Below are positions 9,579 through 17,945 of a stretch of DNA of 64,000 bases, piece by piece. The translations under genes were made by a program, and so were the position numbers. Positions within the stretch are counted from its first letter, which is position 1, and every line of letters begins with the position of its first letter. The stretch lies in NCBI GenBank assembly GCA_046075665.1, contig JBJTQN010000371.1:3244-67243 (forward strand), read 5' to 3'. The notes below the pieces were generated by a model. That model was not told the origin of the DNA, ran no database searches, and worked only from the letters and a program-made list of their open reading frames with translations. This stretch comes from Armatimonadota bacterium (GTDB lineage: Bacteria; Armatimonadota; Armatimonadia; Armatimonadales; Armatimonadaceae).

Positions 9579-10046
9579 CTATGCCCGTGTGTCAACGACG
9601 ACTGTCTGTGCCATCGAGTCGTGCCAGGCTTGCTTCTTCTCGTTGAAGAAGGCTGCGATAAATCCCGCGTAGCAAGGAAGCGCGGAGAGGATTTTGCCAA
9701 AATATCGTCCGGTCGCCTGCCCAAAGTTGATCGGGTAGCCATCCGTATCCAAAACCATTAGGCCCATCGCCATTTTGCCGAGCGTCGCACTCTTTGCAGA
9801 GCTTTCCATCAGTGCAAAGTAGAGCCACGAGATGAGGATGCCAATGATGTTGCCCAGAATCTGAGCCACTACTTGTATGCCCTCAGGATCCTTACCTTGC
9901 ATGGATGCCGCAACGACAACCCCGATGACGAATCCTATGGGGACCGATAATGCCGAGACGACAAGGCCATCAATAAAAAGAGCAGCAAAACGCTTTATAG
10001 GTGCGGCGTACTGGTAAGTACTCTCAGATTGGTTTTGATCGTACAT
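9579..10046 (-). CDS. RDD family membrane protein
   Basis: KRFAALFIDGLVV... start, three hydrophobic segments and a C-terminal ...WHD motif, typical of the RDD domain. Confidence 0.65.
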   Translation of the reverse strand: MYDQNQSESTYQYAAPIKRFAALFIDGLVVSALSVPIGFVIGVVVAASMQGKDPEGIQVVAQILGNIIGILISWLYFALMESSAKSATLGKMAMGLMVLDTDGYPINFGQATGRYFGKILSALPCYAGFIAAFFNEKKQAWHDSMAQTVVVDTRA

Positions 10047-10180
10047 CTACAAACCTCTACACTGTACAAAGATGATGCATCATAACAGATGCAACGATTT
10101 GTCGATGGAAACGGCCCTTGCAAAATCATGCACCCGGTGGGAATGGTTCCGCATCGGGTGGATCTGGTAAACGTCAGGAA

Positions 10181-11584
10181 CTAGTTTGACAGATCAGCAG
10201 GGGATGAAAGTGTTCCTCGGATGGCGGTTGCTGCGGCTACCTGCGGGCTGACGAGGTGCGTGCGGCCACCCTTACCCTGACGGCCTTCGAAGTTGCGGTT
10301 CGATGTACTGGCACTACGCTCACCGGGTTGCAGGATGTCCGGGTTCATCCCAAGACACATCGAACATCCAGGCTCACGCCACTCAAATCCAGCATCAATA
10401 AAGACTGTGTGCAACCCTTCAGCTTCAGCCTGTTTCTTCACAAGACCGGAGCCAGGGACAATGAGTGCGCGTGAGACGGAGACTTTATGTCCTTTTACTA
10501 CACTTGCTGCTGCACGGAGGTCTTCGATACGTCCATTGGTACAGGAGCCTATCCAAACTGTATCTACCTTGATTGAGCGGAGAGGCATCCCGGCAGTGAT
10601 TCCCATGTAGGCCAAGGCCTGTTCACACGCCCGCTTGTCACTGGAGATGGTGAATTCATCCGGGGATGGAACAACGGCACTCAGCGGTGCGACCTGCCCT
10701 GGGGATGTGCCCCATGTGACATGAGGCTGAATCAGGGATGCATCCAATGTGACGGTCGTGTCAAACGTTGCGCCTTCATCGGTCTTTAGCTCAGACCAAC
10801 CTGCAACAGCCTTATCCCAACCCGCTCCTGCTGGAGCGTACGGACGACCTTTGAGGTATGCAAATGTGGTTTCATCAGGAGCAATCATCCCGGCGCGTGC
10901 GCCGGCCTCGATGGACATATTACAGACCGTCATGCGACCTTCCATCGAGAGGTTGCGGATAGCCTCGCCTGTGTATTCAACTACATAGCCCGTCGCGCCA
11001 TCGGTGCCGATTTTTCCGATGATTGCCAAAATGATGTCTTTGGCCGTGGCATCCGGATGAAGCGTACCTTCGAGGCGAATTTCCATGGTTTTCGGAGTTG
11101 TCTGCTGGAGACACTGGGTTGCGAGGACATGTTCGACTTCGCTAGTACCGATACCGAATGCGAGTGCTCCAAAGGCTCCGTGTGTGGATGTATGGCTGTC
11201 ACCACAGACAATGGTTTGACCCGGTTGTGTATAACCGAGCTCAGGTCCCATCACGTGGACTACGCCTTGACGTTCTGAGTGGAGGTCATAAAGCGTTACG
11301 CCAAACTCGGCGCAGTTCTTGGAAAGGGTTTCGATTTGTTGGAGCGAAATAGGATCGACAATCGGAAGTGAGCGGTCTGTTGTCGGGACATTATGGTCCA
11401 TCGTGGCGATGGTGCGGTCCGGGCGGCGTACTTTTCTACCGGATACGCGAAGGCCTTCGAATGCTTGCGGGCTGGTTACTTCGTGAACAAGGTGGAGATC
11501 GATGTAAAGAAGAGATGGCTTTCCAGTTTCGGCATGGACAACATGGGTGTCCCAGATCTTCTCAAAAAGTGTACGCGCTTTCAT
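10181..11584 (-). CDS. leuC: 3-isopropylmalate dehydratase large subunit
   Basis: [16 protein letters not shown]..., the aconitase-family cysteines ([15 protein letters not shown]) and a 467 aa length. No leuD is adjacent. Confidence 0.9.
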   Translation of the reverse strand: MKARTLFEKIWDTHVVHAETGKPSLLYIDLHLVHEVTSPQAFEGLRVSGRKVRRPDRTIATMDHNVPTTDRSLPIVDPISLQQIETLSKNCAEFGVTLYDLHSERQGVVHVMGPELGYTQPGQTIVCGDSHTSTHGAFGALAFGIGTSEVEHVLATQCLQQTTPKTMEIRLEGTLHPDATAKDIILAIIGKIGTDGATGYVVEYTGEAIRNLSMEGRMTVCNMSIEAGARAGMIAPDETTFAYLKGRPYAPAGAGWDKAVAGWSELKTDEGATFDTTVTLDASLIQPHVTWGTSPGQVAPLSAVVPSPDEFTISSDKRACEQALAYMGITAGMPLRSIKVDTVWIGSCTNGRIEDLRAAASVVKGHKVSVSRALIVPGSGLVKKQAEAEGLHTVFIDAGFEWREPGCSMCLGMNPDILQPGERSASTSNRNFEGRQGKGGRTHLVSPQVAAATAIRGTLSSPADLSN

Positions 11585-11633
11585 ATGGCTTAGATTATAG
11601 GATATTGGCTAACCTATCTCTGTGGACTGCTGA

Positions 11634-11822
11634 TCAAGTTGGATAATTGTCATCACACTCGGGTGAAACTGCAGGTATCTCTTGGTTGATGAGTCGTTCC
11701 CAGCACATTCGACAAAGAAATCCGTCCGATAGGTCTGGGTAACGGTATCTGGCACCCCATTTCGTGCAAGTGGCACAACGCCGTAGGACGCCTGTTGGTT
11801 TCTTTCCATAGCGACTAAGCAC
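11634..11822 (-). CDS. Possible small zinc-ribbon protein (62 aa, GTG start)
   Basis: CATC...x17...CRMC pairs of cysteines. An alternative ORF in another frame (11609-11809) competes with it. No RBS was evaluated. Confidence 0.3.
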   Translation of the reverse strand: MLSRYGKKPTGVLRRCATCTKWGARYRYPDLSDGFLCRMCWERLINQEIPAVSPECDDNYPT

Positions 11823-12096
11823 TGTAGCTTGCTCCTAACATGTCCATTATTCTCTATCGGTTTTGTAATCTGTCACGCACGTGATTTTGTCGTGATGTAA
11901 ACAAACATCGATACAGCATGATTAGTACCGTTGGACATGGCTGCCTTGCATTGGTTTTGTCAAACGAACATTTCCCAGCATGTGATGTTGCTACTGCTAA
12001 ATTCACGTATGGCGTTGGGAACTAATGTCACGTTAACTGTCGTTATTTTCTTATCAGCGATGCCGTGAGCGGTTATTCAGGTTGGAGATTAAGCGG

Positions 12097-13209
12097 ATGA
12101 AGTCGAATGTCATAGTTTGGGGTGGACTTTTGGTGGCTGGAGTTGCTATTGGAGCGTGCGTACGTGATGCCAAATCTACTATCTTTGGGATTGGCTCTCT
12201 TAGCGCCGTTGCCGCGGCGCCCTATGATGCATCCAAGGAACCAATCGTGGCCGCTGTCAAGCTTGCGGCACCTTCTGTTGTTTCGATTGACACGACGAGT
12301 CGTCAGGTTTATCAGGTGTTTGATGATCCGATGGACCGATTCTGGGGCAATGGTGGGCGGCGGGAAACCCGGGAAGTTCCCACAGGCGCCGGTTCTGGCG
12401 TGCTACTCAAGGATGGTTATGTCCTCACGAATCAGCATGTTGTAGGTCAGGCTGTCGATACAAATGGGTCGATCACCGTACGCCTTCCAGATGGCCGAAC
12501 TTATAAGGCATCGGCTGTTGGTACCGACCGCAGTACCGATGTCGCGCTGTTGAAAGTTGAGACAAAGGACACATTACCCGTATCGTCACTTGGCCTGGAT
12601 GGCAGCCTTGTTCCGGGCCAGGCAGTTATCGCCATTGGCAACCCGGTGGGATTGTCCGCATCCGTTTCAAGTGGAGTTGTTAGTGCGCTTGGCCGACCAA
12701 TCGCCGTTGAGGATCGGCTTTACGAGAACCTCATTCAGACGGACACAGCTATTAATCCTGGAAACTCTGGTGGTGCACTGGTTGATTTGGGTGGGCGTGT
12801 GGTTGGGATTAATACTCTTGTTAGAAACGATGCCCAGAATATCGGTTTTTCGATTCCCATTCAGACCGCGATGAGAGTAGCCGATTCCCTTCGCAAATTT
12901 GGAAAGGTCAGGCGACCGACCGCTGGAGTTATAGCTGTTAACTTGGATGACAGATTGCGTAGAGCGTTAGGGGTAGGATCGGATGCTTCCGGTGTGGTCG
13001 TTTGGAATCTGTACCGAGGGATGGGTGCGATTGATGCCGGTTTACAGCGCGGCGACTTGATTACAGAAATTGCAGGACAAAAGGTAGTAGATGAGCTGTC
13101 TTTCCGGCGGATTCTTGAATTGCAAAAAATTGGCACGAAGGTCAAGTGCACTATTCGCCGTGGAAATGAGCAGGGTGAGGTCGAAATCCTCCTTTCTGAA
13201 GCGCCTTAG
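12097..13209 (+). CDS. HtrA/DegP-family serine protease with a PDZ domain
   Basis: Catalytic triad contexts TNQHVV, TDVALLKV and GNSGGALVD, an N-terminal TM anchor and a C-terminal PDZ-like region. ATG at 12097 is preferred to TTG at 12082. Confidence 0.85.
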   Translation: MKSNVIVWGGLLVAGVAIGACVRDAKSTIFGIGSLSAVAAAPYDASKEPIVAAVKLAAPSVVSIDTTSRQVYQVFDDPMDRFWGNGGRRETREVPTGAGSGVLLKDGYVLTNQHVVGQAVDTNGSITVRLPDGRTYKASAVGTDRSTDVALLKVETKDTLPVSSLGLDGSLVPGQAVIAIGNPVGLSASVSSGVVSALGRPIAVEDRLYENLIQTDTAINPGNSGGALVDLGGRVVGINTLVRNDAQNIGFSIPIQTAMRVADSLRKFGKVRRPTAGVIAVNLDDRLRRALGVGSDASGVVVWNLYRGMGAIDAGLQRGDLITEIAGQKVVDELSFRRILELQKIGTKVKCTIRRGNEQGEVEILLSEAP

Positions 13210-13769
13210 CGGTTACGTAAACGTCTTAGTCGTCGGAGGGCATCACTGAGATCCCCTCCATAATCAATGCTGTCAGCATCTAACGTGTCGGCGGATGTAT
13301 TCCGCTTTTGCGGTGGCGATTCGGCTGATCGTGGACGCGTCCAGCCATCAGGTAAGGTATCGGCATCCCACTGCTTCCAGACCTGTTCTTTGGTATACGC
13401 GAGGGTTTTCTCATCTTCGATGGTGGGTGTGAAGTGCAGCTCAACATCTTCCCCCTGACGTTGTCGATAGATTGCTTCGCTGATGCTGATGTACAGCGTG
13501 TCGTCCTTGCGAACAGTGGCTCCAGTTGCCAGTTCCGGGTGTCCGATGATGCGTCTCGGTTTGGCCTGTCGATGTTTGACAATGAGGATGCCACTGCTTG
13601 TCTGTTGGATATCTACAGCATTCGCCTGGGCTTGTGTCGCAGTCGGCTGTGCTGCACGAGGCGTCCATGTCTGAACTCTGCCCCCGGACACGAGCAGAAT
13701 AGGAGTCGGCTTCGGGATGATTATCAGACCGGATGCACCATGGTCTGGAGTCCAGATGTTCAGGCTCAA
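13206..13769 (-). CDS. Hypothetical protein (187 aa, basic C-terminal tail)
   Basis: Long ORF, last member of the co-directional parA...phoU...HAD string. No motif recognised. Confidence 0.5.
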   Translation of the reverse strand: MSLNIWTPDHGASGLIIIPKPTPILLVSGGRVQTWTPRAAQPTATQAQANAVDIQQTSSGILIVKHRQAKPRRIIGHPELATGATVRKDDTLYISISEAIYRQRQGEDVELHFTPTIEDEKTLAYTKEQVWKQWDADTLPDGWTRPRSAESPPQKRNTSADTLDADSIDYGGDLSDALRRLRRLRNR

Positions 13770-13774
13770 CTTGG

Positions 13775-14503
13775 CTAACCTTTTATCAGATGGTTCAGAA
13801 TTTCACAGTGATGTTGGATGGGAATATAGCCCATTTCTGTGGGTTTTGTCTCTCCAAACCAGCCCGGGGTAAACCAAAAGGCCGTCCAATCTGCCCTCAA
13901 AGCACCATTGATATCTGCATCGGGGTCATTTCCAACCATCACGTGCCGATGTGCTGGCATCAATTTGGCTGCAGCCGTGAAGATAACGCTATCCGGTTTG
14001 CTTCCGCCGACTTCGCAGTCGAGAACGATGTGGTCAAAGTAATCCTTCAATCCGCAGGTGGTCAGTTTATGGTTTTGTAGTGCAGTCGGGCCGTTTGAGA
14101 TGAGTCCGATTGGAATGTTTTGTCGTTGAATACTATCCAACAGATGTTTTACACCTGGGAAACATACCCACGCTTGTTCTTCCGCTTGCGCACTACATCG
14201 CATCAACGCATCGGTATCAACTCCGGACAGTCCAAGACGGCTCAGCGTACCGAGGGCAATGTGGCTTCGGAATGCACTAAGCTGCATTTTATGTAACGTA
14301 GAAAAGCCTTCTGTTTCTGGTCCAAGCTCGGTAAGCCACACATCCATACTGTGATTGGCAATATCCCGTTCGGTTAGACCTGGGTAATAACTGCTTAAGT
14401 GAACAGTGCTAGCTTGAACGGCGGCAATGAGACTTTTGGATGTCGTGATGAGTGTGTCATCAAGATCAAACCAGACGGATAAAGGATTATTGTTCAAAGC
14501 CAT
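13775..14503 (-). CDS. HAD-superfamily hydrolase
   Basis: Motif I FDLDDTLI near the N-terminus and GNDPDADING (motif IV-like) near the C-terminus. Confidence 0.75.
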   Translation of the reverse strand: MALNNNPLSVWFDLDDTLITTSKSLIAAVQASTVHLSSYYPGLTERDIANHSMDVWLTELGPETEGFSTLHKMQLSAFRSHIALGTLSRLGLSGVDTDALMRCSAQAEEQAWVCFPGVKHLLDSIQRQNIPIGLISNGPTALQNHKLTTCGLKDYFDHIVLDCEVGGSKPDSVIFTAAAKLMPAHRHVMVGNDPDADINGALRADWTAFWFTPGWFGETKPTEMGYIPIQHHCEILNHLIKG

Positions 14504-14783
14504 CCTGAATTTCCAAGGGATGCGGCCGTGAAACGGTTGCGATGATGGAGTCCTCTACGAACTGTGCGACGGCTTCTTCCTGTAGCAGTGCATTGACCTG
14601 AGCTGTCATTTCCTTCACTTTTCGCTGGATGCTGCGATGTTCGCTGGTTCCAGGGGATGTCGCTACAAGCTGCATCTTTGTATCAGCTAATTTGATTTCA
14701 AGGACAGTTCTTAAATCACGCCACTGATTTGCTCTGGGCTTTCCACCCATAAAATCATCGATGACATCATCCGTAGTCTCCAT
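14487..14783 (-). CDS. Hypothetical protein (98 aa, predicted helical)
   Basis: ORF overlapping the HAD gene start by 17 nt. No motif recognised. Confidence 0.4.
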   Translation of the reverse strand: METTDDVIDDFMGGKPRANQWRDLRTVLEIKLADTKMQLVATSPGTSEHRSIQRKVKEMTAQVNALLQEEAVAQFVEDSIIATVSRPHPLEIQDGFEQ

Positions 14784-14816
14784 AGAGACAATCTTACCTG
14801 TGGGGAGCCAGCAATG

Positions 14817-15482
14817 TCAGGCTGATTTTTTGCCGCGATTTGGCGAGGTTCCGAGGTGTGTGGTCCGCTCGGCGATGTTGGTGCAGTGATCGCAGATGCG
14901 TTCGAGGAAGTGAGCTACTTGTAAGAGATAGGTTGCCTGCATTACGCTGCATGTATCCTGCTGGAGAATCTGGATCAGTGTTGCACGCATTTGAGCGTAG
15001 TACAAATCTGCTGTGTCATCCTGCTGAATTACCTGCGCTGCAAGCTCCGTGTCATGGGATAGATAAGCATCCACACTGTCATGAATCATCCCGTATGCCA
15101 CTGTTGCATATCGCGGTACGTCAATCAGTGGCTTGTAAATGGCTTCATCCGCCATTCGTTGCCCAATCCGGGCGATGTCTACGGAGTAATCAGCAATTCG
15201 CTCGAGGTCACCGGCGATTTTAATAGTGTTATTGATGGCACGGATGTCTATTGACTTGTCGTTTTGTCGTCCCATCAACTTGACGCATGCTGCTTCTAGT
15301 GACCTCTCAAGCGAATCAACGATGGCATCACGGTCAAGAACATTCTGACAGGTGTCGGTCAGTTGAAGGGTAAGTCCTCGAACAGCCGCGCTAAGCATAT
15401 CTTCAGCAGCAACGCTCATTTCAATAATCGTTGCGTTAATGGATATGAGCTCGACATCACTCTGAGGCTTTTCCTTAGACAT
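14817..15482 (-). CDS. phoU: PhoU-family phosphate signalling regulator
   Basis: Two PhoU repeats with the conserved E(R)IADxxxxIA blocks (LERIADYSVDIA and LERICDHCTNIAE). Confidence 0.8.
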   Translation of the reverse strand: MSKEKPQSDVELISINATIIEMSVAAEDMLSAAVRGLTLQLTDTCQNVLDRDAIVDSLERSLEAACVKLMGRQNDKSIDIRAINNTIKIAGDLERIADYSVDIARIGQRMADEAIYKPLIDVPRYATVAYGMIHDSVDAYLSHDTELAAQVIQQDDTADLYYAQMRATLIQILQQDTCSVMQATYLLQVAHFLERICDHCTNIAERTTHLGTSPNRGKKSA

Positions 15483-15540
15483 GTTGTACGCAGTGTAGCA
15501 AGTTGCATTGGCCAGTTGTTAAGGATTCCGCAGAGAATTG

Positions 15541-16107
15541 TTAAGAATCGACTATAGGCATCAGGTTCACCTGTTGGAATTTCCACGATTGCCGAATTTC
15601 TGGACGGTGGAGTGTCAAAACTATTGATTTTCCGTGAGCTATTTCTTCATCGATAAGCTTGGCCAGTTGTTTTGACCAATGGTCATCAAGAGGAGCATCC
15701 GGTTCATCCAGTACAATCACAGCCTTGTCAACTTGCATCACCTTTGTGATTGCCACACGTTGCCACTGCCCCATGGATAGACTGGTAATTTCCCGATCGA
15801 GAAGGGAAGTTACACCCATTTTTGCTGTGTAGTCTTGGAGAATCTGATGTTGTTGACCGACCATCAGGTATTCGCGCACTGTGTATGCAAAAGGTCTAGG
15901 GGGATTTTGAGGCAGATAGGCCGGCGTGGTTCCAGATTCATTTGTTACATCGCCACTGGATGGTTTCAAAATGCCACCAATGCAGTCCAGGAGCGTCGAC
16001 TTGCCAGCTCCATTTGGTCCCGTTATCAATATTCCATCTGCGATGGGGACAGTAAAGGATATTGTCTCTAATCTCCCAATCATGTTGACTGATCGGACAT
16101 GGAGCAC
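15541..16107 (-). CDS. Short orphan ABC-type ATPase (188 aa)
   Basis: Walker A GPNGAGKST, signature-like LSMGQWQRV and Walker B VLDEPDAPLD. The GTG start overlaps the parB stop by 1 nt. No permease gene is nearby. Confidence 0.7.
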   Translation of the reverse strand: MLHVRSVNMIGRLETISFTVPIADGILITGPNGAGKSTLLDCIGGILKPSSGDVTNESGTTPAYLPQNPPRPFAYTVREYLMVGQQHQILQDYTAKMGVTSLLDREITSLSMGQWQRVAITKVMQVDKAVIVLDEPDAPLDDHWSKQLAKLIDEEIAHGKSIVLTLHRPEIRQSWKFQQVNLMPIVDS

Positions 16108-17039
16108 TATTGACCTTCTCCACCGGTGATTTTGTCAACGATTTGCGTCAGTTCCTCCTGTGAGCTGTAGGAGATTACGACTGTACCTTTTTCGAGATTA
16201 CCCGTCAGGCGTGCACGCATTCCCAGTGCGTTGCGGAGAAGCTGTTCTACAGCCTGTACTTCAGTTGACCCTCGTTTTGCGATGCGATCTGCCCGTCGGA
16301 TTTCACCTCTGGTTTCTGTGGATGCCATTTCAGATTCCAGCTGGCGCACGGTCAACCTTCCGGCCTTCGCTTCCCTTAGGAGCTCCTGTTGTCGTTTCGG
16401 GAAGCTCTCGTCTAGACGCTGTTCCTTACTGCCAAGCAGTGCGCGGGCATGCCCTTCCGATATTTCGCCTGAATCCAAAGCCTGCTGAACGGGTGCCGGC
16501 AAAGCGAGTAGTCGAAGTGAGTTTGCGATGGCAGAACGGCTTTTGCCGATTTTCGTACCAAGCGTATCCTGTGTCCACGTATACGTGTCCATCAGCTTCT
16601 GATAGGCGACCGCTGCTTCAAGTGGCTTCAAATCTTCCCGAAGCAAGTTTTCAATCAGTGCGACCGTAAGCGCATCTTCATCAGAGTAGGTTTTTACAAC
16701 CACCGGAACACGAAGCATCCCGATGGAGCACGCTGCTCGGAAGCGTCGTTCCCCCGCAACGATTTCAAATGTCCCATTACCGAGCGGTCGGACTAGGATT
16801 GGCTGGACGATACCAGTTGACTTAATGGATGCCGCGAGCTCTGCGAGTGCATCCGAGTCAAAGTAGGTCCGCGGTTGGTTTGGATTTGGCTGAATTTGAG
16901 TGATGCTGAGCTCTCGCTGTGGCTCACTGCGTAAGAGACCATCAAGATCCGGGGCGTTTCCTCCACCAGGCAGTAGCGCGTCCAGACCGCGACCCAATCC
17001 CTTCTTCTGTGTCGATGATGGCATCCCGTCCTTCAGCAT
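16107..17039 (-). CDS. parB: Chromosome partitioning protein ParB
   Basis: KKGLGRGLDALL N-terminal box, GERRFRA (ParB box II) and an HTH region, adjacent to parA and parS. Confidence 0.9.
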   Translation of the reverse strand: MLKDGMPSSTQKKGLGRGLDALLPGGGNAPDLDGLLRSEPQRELSITQIQPNPNQPRTYFDSDALAELAASIKSTGIVQPILVRPLGNGTFEIVAGERRFRAACSIGMLRVPVVVKTYSDEDALTVALIENLLREDLKPLEAAVAYQKLMDTYTWTQDTLGTKIGKSRSAIANSLRLLALPAPVQQALDSGEISEGHARALLGSKEQRLDESFPKRQQELLREAKAGRLTVRQLESEMASTETRGEIRRADRIAKRGSTEVQAVEQLLRNALGMRARLTGNLEKGTVVISYSSQEELTQIVDKITGGEGQ

Positions 17040-17790
17040 GGGTCAACAACTCCTTAGCGATTTCTGTATATGCAACCGCTCCTTTGGAGCGGGGATCATA
17101 AATGGTGATTGGCTGTCCGTAGCTGGGCGCTTCAGACAGCTTGATATTTCTTGGTACGACGGTATTTGAGACTTTGTCTCCAAAAAAACTACGAACTTCG
17201 CTCAGAATCTGGTTGGCGTGGTTTGTGCGGCCATCAAACATCGTTAAAACGACACGTGCAATGGACAAATCCTGATTGATTCCACTGCGAATGCGCTTCA
17301 GGATTTCCAGTAGCTGTGAGATTCCCTCCAGGGCGAAGTACTCACACTGCATCGGGATAATCACTTCATCGGCAGCCGCAAGGACATTAATGGTTAGTAG
17401 ACCAAGGGATGGCGGTGCATCGATAATGATGTAGTCATACCGGTGGCTCACACTGTCTAGAGCCTTCCGTAGAATGCGTTCACGGTCTGGGAGCTCGTAA
17501 AGCGATAGATCGGCGGATGCCAGATCAATGGTTGCAGGGATAAGATCGAGATTGCCAATGGCCGTTGGGATAATGGCATCCAGTGCAGTCGCATCCCCTG
17601 TTAGGACTCGGTATGTGTCTGGTTCGCCGACACGCCTTACGACGCCCACCCCACTGGTGGCATTCCCTTGAGGGTCGGTGTCAACCAGAAGGACGCGACG
17701 ATGAATGGCGAGGGCTGCAGCTAGGCTGATTGCTGTTGTGGTCTTGCCAACGCCACCCTTCTGATTGACCACTGCCCAATGTCTTGCCAT
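16942..17790 (-). CDS. parA: Chromosome partitioning ATPase ParA/Soj
   Basis: Deviant Walker A NQKGGVGKTT and LLVDTDPQGNAT. 282 aa. The last ~30 codons overlap parB out of frame. Confidence 0.9.
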   Translation of the reverse strand: MARHWAVVNQKGGVGKTTTAISLAAALAIHRRVLLVDTDPQGNATSGVGVVRRVGEPDTYRVLTGDATALDAIIPTAIGNLDLIPATIDLASADLSLYELPDRERILRKALDSVSHRYDYIIIDAPPSLGLLTINVLAAADEVIIPMQCEYFALEGISQLLEILKRIRSGINQDLSIARVVLTMFDGRTNHANQILSEVRSFFGDKVSNTVVPRNIKLSEAPSYGQPITIYDPRSKGAVAYTEIAKELLTHAEGRDAIIDTEEGIGSRSGRATAWWRKRPGS

Positions 17791-17847
17791 TTTTACCCTC
17801 TAACTAGGCATCAGTGTACCGTTGTGGTATGTCCACAGAGGCTTAAT

Positions 17848-17863
17848 TGTTTCACGTGAAACA
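17848..17863. promoter_or_regulatory. parS: parS site
   Basis: Exact TGTTTCACGTGAAACA within a 24-bp block AATTGTTTCACGTGAAACAATTGG (17845-17868). Confidence 0.85.
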
Positions 17864-17924
17864 ATTGGATTGTCATGAGATTACTAATGCGTGGAGTCCT
17901 CACGGAATGGCTTTAAGGAGAAAT

Positions 17925-17940
17925 TGTTTCACGTGAAACA
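17925..17940. promoter_or_regulatory. parS: parS site
   Basis: Exact TGTTTCACGTGAAACA within an identical 24-bp block (17922-17945). The block ends at the stop codon of the upstream 508-aa gene. Confidence 0.85.
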
Positions 17941-17945
17941 ATTGG

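Noticed and set aside
10130-10160. CACCCG...CGGGTG inverted repeat downstream of leuC, considered as a terminator.
   Set aside because: It has an 18-nt loop and only a weak T-tract, so it is not convincing enough to annotate.
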